Origin: a virus
IMG/VR virus record: IMGVR_UViG_3300035182_000466
Coordinates: 96,001 to 160,000 of that record
DNA: 64,000 bases
Reading direction: 5' to 3' (one strand)
In this document: positions 1 to 9,989 of the stretch, in pieces
Numbering within the stretch: the stretch's first letter is position 1
Layout of the letters: each line of letters begins with the position of its first letter
Made by a program: the position numbers and the translations under genes
Notes under the pieces: model-generated
Told to the model about the DNA's origin: nothing
Seen by the model: the letters and a program-made list of their open reading frames with translations, nothing else
Database searches by the model: none

Positions 1-6
1 AGAAAA

Positions 7-456
7 GTGATAGGTTCTGAAAAAACTATAGCTGTTGATATTAGTTATGACAACATAAAACCAACTAATGATTTGAAGTTTATAAATATAGTAAAAGATA
101 ACTATAGCAGTATCTCAAAGGAGTTTGAAAGATATAGAAAATTAGTTAAGATAAAGTTAGACTCAACGTATGACAGGAAAGCACCTTCTAAAGGAAAAAC
201 CTGTAACTTATATGCAGTTAAAAAAATGAAACAGTCTTCAATATCTTCAGAAAAACAAGTTGCTAAAAGAGCTACAACTAAAGCCTCTATATCTTCTAAG
301 GTAGATCTAGATTTTATTAAGAGAATTAGTGTAAATGCTAGTGTAAAATCTAGCTTCTCTAAATACTTATTAGATAATAAAAAATCCTCTATGATATTTG
401 GCAAGACTCGTAGGATACTAATAACTTGCCGTCCTTATCAAGAGCAAGAGAATTAA
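7..456 (+). CDS. Lys/Ser-rich hypothetical protein (probably 5'-truncated by window edge)
   Basis: ORF at window start; stop falls inside second copy of a 50-bp direct repeat. Confidence 0.45.
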   Translation: MIGSEKTIAVDISYDNIKPTNDLKFINIVKDNYSSISKEFERYRKLVKIKLDSTYDRKAPSKGKTCNLYAVKKMKQSSISSEKQVAKRATTKASISSKVDLDFIKRISVNASVKSSFSKYLLDNKKSSMIFGKTRRILITCRPYQEQEN

Positions 457-495
457 TGTAAATGCTAGTGTAAAATCTAGCTTCTCTAAATACTT
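319..495 (+). repeat. 50-bp direct repeat, two copies (319-368, 446-495)
   Basis: aagagaatta(g/a)tgtaaatgctagtgtaaaatctagcttctctaaatactt, 49/50 identical. Confidence 0.9.
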
Positions 496-533
496 GATGA
501 ATACTATGACGGAGATGTGATAGGAAAACTATT

Positions 534-1673
534 ATGGCTATTTATGATCTTACACCTAATATTGGATTAAAAAATATAAAAATTGGTGAACGTCCTTGGG
601 GTAATGAAGAACGAGAGAATAAAATAATCTTAGATAGTGTTATATCTAACATATCTAACAGCGGGAAATTAAAGATAAGTTTAAAACCACAAAATGCAAT
701 TAAACTAGTAGTTTCTAGTGCTGTTATAGAAACATTAGCTCATAATGAACCAGTTGTATCATTTGAACCTATAACTGAAATTGGGTGGTTAATTACAGCC
801 GCTGAAACCTATGAATATTCACCAAGAGCAATACCATTTGTATCAAAAAGTTTAGTTACAACTAATATAGGAAAAACTTTTTTATATGGTGACACTGATA
901 GTAATTTTATCAATGAAATAATGCCTAATGATGAAATAAAAGTAGGAGAACTTACCTGTATTGTTAAAAATGTTACTGCAAGTGTATTAGAGGTAGATAA
1001 AACTTTCTCTGAACAGCTTAATGGTGTTCAGATGATAGTAAATCCTTCTGGATCAGATAGAGTAAAACTTGAAGTTAAATGGGTAGCACCTAGTGCATGT
1101 ACTAATGTGGCTTGGGGTTTTAACCTAAATACTTTACTTGATGGTGAAGAGTATGACATTCAAGATATTCTGGTAAAAAAGATTCATTCATTTGTGGACT
1201 TTACTTCTACTGAAGCAAATAAAGTAACTACTTCAACTTACATTTTTTCACCAGAAGTATTTGAAATAAATCCAGGTAAGCCAAGTATATTTAAATTATC
1301 TTATACTACAAGTTCACCAGAAACAACAATTAAAGTATTAAGTGTAGACTTTACACTAGCTAGAGAAAAGAACGTACCTTGCTTTTTAAATAATATTTAT
1401 AATATAAATGTCGAAGAATTAGATACAGTAACTACTGAGTATACTTATGATTCCGATGGAAATATTATAGAGAGCTCAGAAATTTTAGTAGGAGGTTTAA
1501 CTAGAATTACTAATTTTGTTTATGATGCAGAGTTTAATATAATACAGCAAAGAATTGACTTCGATAACTCAATTACAACAGAAGACTATACTTATGATAC
1601 ACTCGGTAATATAATTAGAATAGATAAAAGTATAGTACCTTCATATAAACCTAATACAGTAATTTTTCCATAA
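534..1673 (+). CDS. virion/tail-associated protein with C-terminal YD/RHS-like repeats
   Basis: EYTYDSDGNI, FVYDAEFNI, DYTYDTLGNI repeats; structural-gene context. Confidence 0.55.
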   Translation: MAIYDLTPNIGLKNIKIGERPWGNEERENKIILDSVISNISNSGKLKISLKPQNAIKLVVSSAVIETLAHNEPVVSFEPITEIGWLITAAETYEYSPRAIPFVSKSLVTTNIGKTFLYGDTDSNFINEIMPNDEIKVGELTCIVKNVTASVLEVDKTFSEQLNGVQMIVNPSGSDRVKLEVKWVAPSACTNVAWGFNLNTLLDGEEYDIQDILVKKIHSFVDFTSTEANKVTTSTYIFSPEVFEINPGKPSIFKLSYTTSSPETTIKVLSVDFTLAREKNVPCFLNNIYNINVEELDTVTTEYTYDSDGNIIESSEILVGGLTRITNFVYDAEFNIIQQRIDFDNSITTEDYTYDTLGNIIRIDKSIVPSYKPNTVIFP

Positions 1674-1691
1674 TTTATGTAGGAGCAAGTT

Positions 1692-2801
1692 ATGTCGCTT
1701 TCCTTACCTGTTGTTCTTACTTTTGTTAAGAACAAGTTAAAAGCTTATTATACTAAAATCCAAATAGATTCTCTTCTTAAACGTACAAAACAGAGTTGTA
1801 TAGTAGACTTTACTTTACCTGCACATTCTTTTACTGTAGGTAACTGGGTTATTCAAACATCTAGTGGATTAGAAAAAGGTATAGCTACAGCTCCAGAGAC
1901 TTCTGATGTTATAGGAGTAATAGTAGCTACAACTTTAGATACTATTTCAGTGTGCACTTCAGGATATATACAAGAATTAACAGGATTGATTCCAGGCTCA
2001 GTGTATTTTTTATCGGACGTTACTCCAGGAGAAATGATTATTAATGGTCCAACAGATTTAGATCATGTTAGTAAACCTGTATTTTTAGCAGTGTCTACAA
2101 CTTCAGGTGTAATTTTAAATCAGAGGGGTATAGTTTTAACTAACACTGATCTTGATTTAGGAATAAAAATTGCTAAAGACGGAACAGAATTTACTGATAC
2201 TGTAAAAGTTTTAAATTTTGAAAAAATGTTATGTACTGAGACTGATCCTGGAAAATTTACACTATCAGTAGATGATTCTCCATTAGATAAAAAAGAAGAT
2301 AAAATAAACAAAAACGTAGCAAATGGTTATTTAGGACTAGATACTGATGCTAAGGTTCCACCAGATTATTTAAGTAAACTTTTAAATGATTTAGACACAA
2401 CAGGATCTACTAATAGAGCGTGGAGTTCATCATATACCTTAAGTAGAATAAATAGTCCAAGTTTAAAGAACTATAAAGAAGTTTTAGTAAATTTAGGAAA
2501 TATATCTGGAAACGTAACGTTAGATCTTACTCAAGGTAATGTTTTTGTAGCTACACTTACAGGAAACGTGGTATTAAATCTTTCTGGAGCAACTTCTGGC
2601 TATGCACATAGTTGTACCTTTATACTGACAAATGACTCAGTGGCAAATAGGACATTAAATTTCTCTTCAACAGTAAAATATCAGAAAGGTATTGTACCAT
2701 CTAGGACACTTACTGCTAATGCTACAGATATATGGACATTTTATACTTGGTCTGCAGGAGCTACATGGTTGGCATCTATATCTATTCTGGATTTAAAGTG
2801 A
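1692..2801 (+). CDS. tail fibre / fibre adaptor protein
   Basis: GLIPGSVYFLS..PG motif, KNVANGYLGLD fibre motif, C-terminal LDLTQGNVF..TLTGN domain typical of phage fibres. Confidence 0.7.
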   Translation: MSLSLPVVLTFVKNKLKAYYTKIQIDSLLKRTKQSCIVDFTLPAHSFTVGNWVIQTSSGLEKGIATAPETSDVIGVIVATTLDTISVCTSGYIQELTGLIPGSVYFLSDVTPGEMIINGPTDLDHVSKPVFLAVSTTSGVILNQRGIVLTNTDLDLGIKIAKDGTEFTDTVKVLNFEKMLCTETDPGKFTLSVDDSPLDKKEDKINKNVANGYLGLDTDAKVPPDYLSKLLNDLDTTGSTNRAWSSSYTLSRINSPSLKNYKEVLVNLGNISGNVTLDLTQGNVFVATLTGNVVLNLSGATSGYAHSCTFILTNDSVANRTLNFSSTVKYQKGIVPSRTLTANATDIWTFYTWSAGATWLASISILDLK

Positions 2802-2808
2802 GATCCTT

Positions 2809-3747
2809 ATGTTCTTTGATAGATTTTTTTGGAGTTCAAATAGTGCTCCTAGTTATACAATATTAAAAGCAACAAACATAGCTACAACAAGTTGCACTTT
2901 ATCTTGGAGTGCTGCTACAGATATAAACAATGATCCTGTTACTTATTTTTTATATAGAGATGATATACTGATAGCCTCAAATTTACAAGTGTTGACTTAT
3001 TCTGTTACTGGAATGACTCCAGGATCATCTGTTACCTTTTCTATTGAAACTTATGATGGAAAAGTATATGGACCAAGAACTTCTATTGTAGTAACTTTCG
3101 TAAAAACATGGGCTCAAGTATATGAAAAATGGTATAGATTCTCTCATGATACTACAACGAATCAACCTGCCAATGCTTCAGAATTGACTACATGGACATA
3201 TGATGCCACTGGTGATTATATTCAGAATAACACTAATAGCGTTACCTACATTGGATTTATAAGTACTGAATACTACGAAAACTACTATTTTCAGATACAA
3301 TTAACTGCAAACTCTGATGATGATGACTGTATCTCTGTAGTTTTAGCTTTTGCAGTAGATGAAAAAGGTTTTGAGCATACACTATCAGCTGTACGATTAA
3401 GAAACAATAATCAATTCTATCCAAAATTACAATGGGCAATTGTTTATGACTATAATAGATCAACTCAAGCATTACTAGCTAATGGTGATAGTAAGATTGC
3501 TATTTCTGTTGGTAGTTGGAATACAGTACCTAATGGAACTACTGTAAGAGTGGAGAGAACTGGTGATATTTTTGTTGCTAAATGCTCACCATTTAATAGT
3601 ACCGTTGTATCTGATGCTTCAGCTTTAACTATTGACTTAAATTCAGATGCAAGATTAGCTGTTTTTAAAGGCCCTCAAAGATATGGAATAGGTTGTTTAA
3701 GTCAGCAATATTCTCGTTATTCAAATCTAATTTTTAATTATAGCTAA
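2809..3747 (+). CDS. Fn3 + lectin-like (thrombospondin C-terminal-like) receptor-binding protein
   Basis: Fn3 signature (TLSWSAATD...YSVTGMTPG), DDDD acidic Ca-binding-like motif; paralog of 5234-6166. Confidence 0.6.
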   Translation: MFFDRFFWSSNSAPSYTILKATNIATTSCTLSWSAATDINNDPVTYFLYRDDILIASNLQVLTYSVTGMTPGSSVTFSIETYDGKVYGPRTSIVVTFVKTWAQVYEKWYRFSHDTTTNQPANASELTTWTYDATGDYIQNNTNSVTYIGFISTEYYENYYFQIQLTANSDDDDCISVVLAFAVDEKGFEHTLSAVRLRNNNQFYPKLQWAIVYDYNRSTQALLANGDSKIAISVGSWNTVPNGTTVRVERTGDIFVAKCSPFNSTVVSDASALTIDLNSDARLAVFKGPQRYGIGCLSQQYSRYSNLIFNYS

Positions 3748-3758
3748 CTGGAGACATT

Positions 3759-5237
3759 ATGTCTAAACCAAGTACAATAATTTTATCTTCTTACTTTGCA
3801 AATTCAGGAGTAGATTCGAATTTAGTTTGGAAGAATCCTATTAGTAATAGAGGTCTATCAGACATAGATGCTTTAACTTTGACTTTTTTAAATCCAGTAG
3901 ATGGAACTACTTCTTCTATTATAGAAACTGGAAAAATATATAGATATAGTTCTGTGTCTTCTACTTGGATAGACATTTCTAGCTCACATGGATTTTCTGG
4001 ACATGAAATAATTGATGCCAAGACAAATTGTACTTTAAAACTAAACAGAGGACTAGATGCAGATAAACCTGTAACACTAGAGGAAGGTGAGCCATATTTC
4101 TCTTTAGATACAAATGCTTTATACATAGGAAATTCTGCTAAAAATTTAATTGAGATAAAAGATATTTATTTACAGAGTACAGAACCTATAAATAAGAATA
4201 AGTTATGGCTAGATCCAATACTTGGAACTTTTTATTTTTATGATTTTTCTGATTCTACTTGGAAAGATATTATACATTCAAAATTAGGTTCTTCTGATAT
4301 AACTGCACTACTTTCACAAAAAGCAGATAAAGCAACTACCTTATCTGGTTATGCTATTACAGATGCTTATACTAAGTCAGAAGTTAATTCAAGCCTGGAC
4401 TTAAAATTTGATAAAACTGGTGGTAAAATATCAGGAGCAGTTGAATTAGGATCATATCTTTTTAGAACTACTCAAGATGGTACTTCATATTTTATGCAGC
4501 AAGATGGCACAGGTAACTTACACTGGTATTGGAATACTATTGGTGGTACTTCTCCAGTTTTTGAAAGATCCAATACTGGTGCCTCTGATATAATGCAAGA
4601 TATAACATCTAATGGATTAGCATACTTTAAGTATAGATACTCTGATGGTTCAACTAAGTCGGCTGGTGATTCAATAAAATGGACTGATATACTTTACGCT
4701 GATTCAAATAATGTCTTTAAGTTTTTAGATAAGGATGTTTGGCACAAAGGCAATTTAGAATCTGCTTATACTAAGGCAGAGACTGATACACTACTATTAG
4801 AAAAAGAAAATAAATTACCTACTCCTACAAGTATAAGTCTTATACAAAAAAGTCCTGAAGGTGTTTACTCATTTGCTAAATATCCAAAAGAGTCTTTTGG
4901 TATAGCCTTGAGTGATGAAGTTACACCTTTAGTAGCAGGATCGAATAAACTTATTTTTAGGATGCCGTATGCTTTTAATCTATTAGAAATAAGAGCATCA
5001 GTAAGTTATGAGTCCACTTCTGGAAATATAACCCTAGATATAAAACATAATGGAGTAAGCGTAACAAATTCTTATGTAGTAATAGACGCAGGGTCTAAGA
5101 CTAGTTTAAATTCTAGTAGTAGCTTTGTTATAACAACTACCAGTCTATTAGATGACTCTGAGATAACTATAGACTTAGTTTCAGCAGGTACGAATAGTAC
5201 AGGACTCAAATTATGGTTAATAGGTAGACAGCTATGA
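3759..5237 (+). CDS. tail fibre protein
   Basis: LEEGEPYFSLDT, KADKATTLSGYAITDAYTKSE, KFDKTGG, VWHKGNL fibre motifs; C-terminal ALSDE..FRMPYAF..GLKLWLIG domain. Confidence 0.8.
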   Translation: MSKPSTIILSSYFANSGVDSNLVWKNPISNRGLSDIDALTLTFLNPVDGTTSSIIETGKIYRYSSVSSTWIDISSSHGFSGHEIIDAKTNCTLKLNRGLDADKPVTLEEGEPYFSLDTNALYIGNSAKNLIEIKDIYLQSTEPINKNKLWLDPILGTFYFYDFSDSTWKDIIHSKLGSSDITALLSQKADKATTLSGYAITDAYTKSEVNSSLDLKFDKTGGKISGAVELGSYLFRTTQDGTSYFMQQDGTGNLHWYWNTIGGTSPVFERSNTGASDIMQDITSNGLAYFKYRYSDGSTKSAGDSIKWTDILYADSNNVFKFLDKDVWHKGNLESAYTKAETDTLLLEKENKLPTPTSISLIQKSPEGVYSFAKYPKESFGIALSDEVTPLVAGSNKLIFRMPYAFNLLEIRASVSYESTSGNITLDIKHNGVSVTNSYVVIDAGSKTSLNSSSSFVITTTSLLDDSEITIDLVSAGTNSTGLKLWLIGRQL

Positions 5238-6166
5238 GTTTTATTTTAAATCCTTATACTTTTCAAACCGTGGCTCCTGAACCTTATTTAGTTTTAGATG
5301 TAACCAATATTACAGATGTTAGTTGTACTTTAAATTTTAACTTATACAATTTTTCTTCTCCTGTAACTTATACAATTTTAAGAGGCTCTGAAATATTAGC
5401 TCAAAATTATTCAGGAACATCGTTTAATGTAACGGAAAGCACTGCAGGATTAACTGTAAATTATACTATAGTGGCGTATAGTGGCTCCTTAGAAAAAGCT
5501 ACAACAAATAAAACTGTATCGTATGTTAAGACATGGGCTCAAGTATTTAATGACTGGAGAAGATTCTCTCATAATACTACTACTGAAAATCAACCTGCTA
5601 GTGCTACAGAAATATCTAGTTGGACCTATTCTTCTTCTACTAATAGTTTAAGTTGTCCAATTAATAGTTTAACTTATCTAGGATTAGTAAGCAATGAATT
5701 ATATACTTCTTATATACATAAAGCCCGGCTTACTTCTACAGCTTCCGATGATGACTTAATAGGTGTTATTATATCTTTTGCTGTAGACGGAAACGGAAGA
5801 GAGCATACATTATCTGCAGTCAGGACAAGAGGAGGTTTACAACCACGATGGGGTATTTATAAAAACTATAGAAGATCAGATCAGATACTTCTTATTGATG
5901 GCAACTCTAAAATAACTTCTCAGACTGGAGGATGGAATGCAGTATCTACAGGTACTACGGTTAAAATAACGAAGACAGACAATCTTATTGATGCACGTTG
6001 TTCTGTCTTTAATAGTACTTCTGTGCTATCTAGCTCCTCATTATTGCTAGACTTGTCTGCGGATCCAAACTTGTCTATTTTTAGGCAACCATGTGCATAT
6101 GGATATTCTGTATTTTCACAACCTAATACTACATACTCTAATATAGTTTTCTCTTATTCAGAATAA
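5234..6166 (+). CDS. Fn3 + lectin-like receptor-binding protein (paralog of 2809-3747)
   Basis: shares VKTWAQV, RFSH.T, DDD, EHTLSAVR blocks with 2809-3747; overlaps upstream fibre stop. Confidence 0.6.
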   Translation: MSFILNPYTFQTVAPEPYLVLDVTNITDVSCTLNFNLYNFSSPVTYTILRGSEILAQNYSGTSFNVTESTAGLTVNYTIVAYSGSLEKATTNKTVSYVKTWAQVFNDWRRFSHNTTTENQPASATEISSWTYSSSTNSLSCPINSLTYLGLVSNELYTSYIHKARLTSTASDDDLIGVIISFAVDGNGREHTLSAVRTRGGLQPRWGIYKNYRRSDQILLIDGNSKITSQTGGWNAVSTGTTVKITKTDNLIDARCSVFNSTSVLSSSSLLLDLSADPNLSIFRQPCAYGYSVFSQPNTTYSNIVFSYSE

Positions 6167-6204
6167 TAATATTATATTAATTAGGAAGAGGAAGGTATAA
6201 TTTT

Positions 6205-6966
6205 ATGGGACTAATAAATTCTACAAGAGATATTTTAAGGGTAGGTTTAAGAGAAGGTGTTAGATATAGAGCTATAGTTACAGATAATAAAGACCCGAAG
6301 CAACTAGGAAGAATAAAATTTAAGATACCAAAATTCTTTGAGTTAGAATTAAAAGATTCTCCTTGGGCTATCTGTGCAAATGCTGGCATAGATGGTGGAA
6401 CAAAAGAATCTGGAAGTCTTGATATTCCTAGAATAGACTCTTTTGTAGAGATAATGTTTATGCATGGTAGTCCATATCATCCAAAGTATTTCTCAACAAC
6501 TTTATTTAAACCAAATCAATTAAAACAAGCACAGGTTAACTATCCTGATAGAAAAATAATAAGACTAAGTAATAAAGCCTTCCTTGTAGTTGACCTACAT
6601 AATAATCTTATTCAAGTTTATAATCCTGGTGATGTATCTATTGAGATAAATGGGAGTTGTGGAATAAACGTGCAAGGAACGACTACTTTATCTTCAGTAG
6701 GTGATACGACTATCTCAGTTAGTAAAGGTAACTTAAATGCAACTGTATTAAAAGGTGATGCTAATGTAGTAACAGAGAAAGGGGATATTATAGCTTCAAG
6801 TGCAAATGATGTCTCAGTTATAGCATCACATAATATTTATTTAACTGGTGGAAGTGGTGATGGTGACTTAGCTGGAGTAGTTACCGGAGCTTGTACTTGT
6901 GCGTTTACTGGTGGACCACATCCTGACTATTCTAATAATGTATTTGCAACTACAGGAGGAAGTTAG
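6205..6966 (+). CDS. baseplate spike / gp5-VgrG-like OB-fold protein
   Basis: VTDNKDPKQLGRIKFKIP...PWA OB-fold motif; beta-helix-like repeats; C-terminal VVTGACTCAFTGGPH metal-binding apex. Confidence 0.8.
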   Translation: MGLINSTRDILRVGLREGVRYRAIVTDNKDPKQLGRIKFKIPKFFELELKDSPWAICANAGIDGGTKESGSLDIPRIDSFVEIMFMHGSPYHPKYFSTTLFKPNQLKQAQVNYPDRKIIRLSNKAFLVVDLHNNLIQVYNPGDVSIEINGSCGINVQGTTTLSSVGDTTISVSKGNLNATVLKGDANVVTEKGDIIASSANDVSVIASHNIYLTGGSGDGDLAGVVTGACTCAFTGGPHPDYSNNVFATTGGS

Positions 6967-6967
6967 T

Positions 6968-7234
6968 ATGCCTTCAGACATGACAGGTCTAAATTCAGAA
7001 CGCCTAACACTAGTTTTACAAGAAGCTATGCAAAAGAAAGTTATGCAGTCACAGACTATAATGTTCAGTCTTGGATTAGATGGTACTGCTGCATTATATG
7101 ACTTTTGTAACATCATAGCTGAAGCTGTTTCTGAAGAAGTAATTAAAGAAATAACAATGCATAGTAAATTAGAAGCAATGTCTAGAGATGCCGGAATTGC
7201 TGGTTCTGGTATTATAACCGGTTCAGTTAGTTAG
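6968..7234 (+). CDS. small baseplate-associated hypothetical protein
   Basis: ATG directly after spike stop; IAEAV..EI pattern common after spike genes. Confidence 0.5.
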   Translation: MPSDMTGLNSERLTLVLQEAMQKKVMQSQTIMFSLGLDGTAALYDFCNIIAEAVSEEVIKEITMHSKLEAMSRDAGIAGSGIITGSVS

Positions 7235-7243
7235 GAGTGAAGT

Positions 7244-9553
7244 ATGCCCTGGAGATCTGCAACGTTAGCTCAAATATTAGGACCAGCAAATGCTATGGTA
7301 GCAGCAGCTTTGGCTGCTGCTGAACTAGCCTTAGCTAAAGCACAGCTAGTATTAGCTTTATTGCAAGCTGCACTTAGTGCAATTTTAGATCAAATAAATA
7401 AGATACTAAGAATAGTAGAAATACTCGAAGCAACTGGTGCTTATGTTATTGTACTTAGTGGGGCTAAAGGATCATGGAATTCTCGAATGAGATTAGCTCC
7501 TAATGCTCCTCCAGAAGGAACCGATTGGTGCACTACAGGTGTAGCTTTAGTAGCGGTAGGTCCAGATCTTGCTGGTAATATTGCAGCTTTTAAACAAGCT
7601 ATGGATACGGTGAATAAAGGAATTAAAGAACTTTTTATTAAAAGAGACCAAAACCTTCCACCGCAAATTGCTCCAAAGCCACCTCAGCCACCACCTCAGT
7701 TTAATGTCTGGTATTCAATGACTTTAGGTGACATGTTTCCTGGATATTTTGCATTAGCTAAGAACGTTCTTAATACGGCTAAAGGATTTATAGGTAATTT
7801 AAAACATGATATAGCTAACGCTAGCAATGTTATAAATTCTGCAAATGGTGTATTATCTAGTATAGCTTCCTTTATGTCTGATCTAAATCAGACAGGAGCT
7901 TATGGTATAGTATTACCACCTAAAGCACTTGGTATAATGCAAAGATTAGAAACAGAAGCTAATGCTCCGCCCATGACTTCTCAATTTTACTCTATAGGTT
8001 TGTGCTTTTGTTTTTATTATCCTAATTGGAAAGCCTGTGATGATAAATATGCTTCATTGTGTCAAATTTTTGATCCTAATCCAAAAGAGATAACTATATC
8101 TAGACCTTCTGATCCTTTTAGACCGACAGATATATTTGAAATAGAAATACCAATAAAATCATGGGCTGTACCAAAAGGTGGTTATTATGATAAACAGGTA
8201 AGTGTACAGTTAAAGTGTAATGTAGCTAATGCAACTATTTTTTATACTATAAATGCAGAAAAACCTAGAACTAATCCTTTTAGACGTATTTATAGTGATC
8301 CAATTCTAGTTACTAAAAATAATACCGTAATAAGATTTTATGCAAAAACTTATTTACAAGAAGAAAAAAGAGATAGAGAAGAAGTTTATAAAATAATTGA
8401 ATATGCTCCTAATGCTAATTATTACTATGACTTAAATTATGGTTTATTACCAGGATTTCCTGTTGATGAACCACCTGATTGGTGGTTAGGAAAAACTCTG
8501 AATGAGTGTATTCAAGCAAGACATCAAGATGCTACTGATTTAGTATTAGATCCAGGTAATGCTACTAGAGACATTGATACATGTCCAGAGTATTATAATC
8601 CTGTAATACCTGATGATCCTACTTTAAAGGATTTAAAGATAGTAGCAAAAGTTCAGGATTCTCAAGCTGGAACTACTACTCCAAATAATCATGCTCTAAC
8701 TGCCTGTGACGCCTATGTAGATAGTGGCGGATTATCAGGATGGGCAGAGAGCAGTTTAATAGCTAGCTTTGGATTTGGTCCGTGGGGAGCTTACTCCGCT
8801 TTTCCTGATCCTACTGCTTATTGGATATGGAATGAAGCTGGTGCTTCAACAACAGCTTTAGTTAATACTTTCGTTGTATTTAAATATTGGTATAATAATA
8901 CTACTGGGCAGGATTTTACTTGTAATATTTGTTTTATGTGTGATAACACTGCAATGTTATTTAGTGATAATGCATATATAGTTGGTACAAATCCACTTAC
9001 AGTAGGAGAAAAAAGGTTATTAGATACTGACTCAGGATGGGATAGCATTAGCGGTACTGCAAAAGGTTCATGGGAGACTGAATACGGTTATAGAAATATA
9101 GAAATTATAATGCCTCAAGGTATTACTGAGTTTTCTTGGATAGGAACTAATTGGGGTGGTCCTGCAGGTTTAATATTTACTTGTATGGATTTATCTTCAG
9201 GTACTGTTTATTTTCATTCCGATGCTACTATAAAAACCATTGGAGCCTCGGACGATTGGTATACTAATTATATAGTAAACTATGTAGATAAAGGTTATGC
9301 TATAAATGGAAGTATCTCACAAACAGTAAGACCTGTAGTTGGAGAATACTTTTATATACCTGTTGTTTTAGGTGATTCTAAAATAACAGAAGCTTTAACT
9401 GATTTACACGGATTTGAAATACAATCTAACAAAAAAGGATTATATGGTAAAGTTGATGATCCATATCCTTTTAGCATTACGTTACTTGTAGATAACTCTG
9501 TACATTTTACTATAATTATTTCACCTAAGAATGATTTAGACACGTTAAGTTAA
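7244..9553 (+). CDS. multidomain baseplate-region protein (duplicated N-terminal module, Fn3-associated domain, lectin-like domain)
   Basis: two TGAY..VL...NAPP units; PKGGYY..IFYT..P chitobiase-C/Fn3-associated motif; AYWIW..CDN..GPAGL jelly-roll motif. Confidence 0.55.
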   Translation: MPWRSATLAQILGPANAMVAAALAAAELALAKAQLVLALLQAALSAILDQINKILRIVEILEATGAYVIVLSGAKGSWNSRMRLAPNAPPEGTDWCTTGVALVAVGPDLAGNIAAFKQAMDTVNKGIKELFIKRDQNLPPQIAPKPPQPPPQFNVWYSMTLGDMFPGYFALAKNVLNTAKGFIGNLKHDIANASNVINSANGVLSSIASFMSDLNQTGAYGIVLPPKALGIMQRLETEANAPPMTSQFYSIGLCFCFYYPNWKACDDKYASLCQIFDPNPKEITISRPSDPFRPTDIFEIEIPIKSWAVPKGGYYDKQVSVQLKCNVANATIFYTINAEKPRTNPFRRIYSDPILVTKNNTVIRFYAKTYLQEEKRDREEVYKIIEYAPNANYYYDLNYGLLPGFPVDEPPDWWLGKTLNECIQARHQDATDLVLDPGNATRDIDTCPEYYNPVIPDDPTLKDLKIVAKVQDSQAGTTTPNNHALTACDAYVDSGGLSGWAESSLIASFGFGPWGAYSAFPDPTAYWIWNEAGASTTALVNTFVVFKYWYNNTTGQDFTCNICFMCDNTAMLFSDNAYIVGTNPLTVGEKRLLDTDSGWDSISGTAKGSWETEYGYRNIEIIMPQGITEFSWIGTNWGGPAGLIFTCMDLSSGTVYFHSDATIKTIGASDDWYTNYIVNYVDKGYAINGSISQTVRPVVGEYFYIPVVLGDSKITEALTDLHGFEIQSNKKGLYGKVDDPYPFSITLLVDNSVHFTIIISPKNDLDTLS

Positions 9554-9579
9554 TAATTTATATTACATGAAGAAGTTAT

Positions 9580-9984
9580 ATGAGGTTAGAAATGGCAGAC
9601 TTATACGTTGATATAAATTCAAATTACACTGCAGATTATTCTTCCAATATCTTGTGTACTGGTGCACAAGCCTTATTAAACTCCCTTATAAACTTAATAA
9701 ACACAATAAAAGATGAAAATGGGATAAGTGAGAGACTTTTTAAACCATATTTAGGAACAGGTCTATATAGACTTCTTTTTGAACCTATTGATTCTATAAC
9801 TGCATATAAGATACGAATTTATATAGATCAATTAGTAGAACAAGAACCTAGAGTAATGCTAGTAAATAATGAGACTAGTATAATTGAAGATATTGAGAAT
9901 CAGTGCTACTATATTACATTAACTATTATTGATAAAGCTACACAGGAAAAGGCATCTTCAAATTTAATTTTAAGCAAGCCTTGA
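9580..9984 (+). CDS. gp25-like baseplate wedge protein
   Basis: ERLFKPYLGTGLYRLLFEP..EPRV signature; likely start at 9592. Confidence 0.85.
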   Translation: MRLEMADLYVDINSNYTADYSSNILCTGAQALLNSLINLINTIKDENGISERLFKPYLGTGLYRLLFEPIDSITAYKIRIYIDQLVEQEPRVMLVNNETSIIEDIENQCYYITLTIIDKATQEKASSNLILSKP

Positions 9985-9989
9985 GGTGA

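Noticed and set aside
319-495. CRISPR array
   Set aside because: Only two 50-bp copies with a 77-bp gap, no palindromic repeat structure and no cas genes.
2809-6166. Diversity-generating retroelement acting on the lectin paralogs
   Set aside because: No reverse transcriptase in the window; the paralogs differ throughout rather than only at adenines.
9551-9562. TAATTTAT as a second promoter motif (also near 1671, 26166 and 36060 on -)
   Set aside because: All-AT motif overlapping stop codons in an AT-rich genome; cannot be separated from chance by eye.
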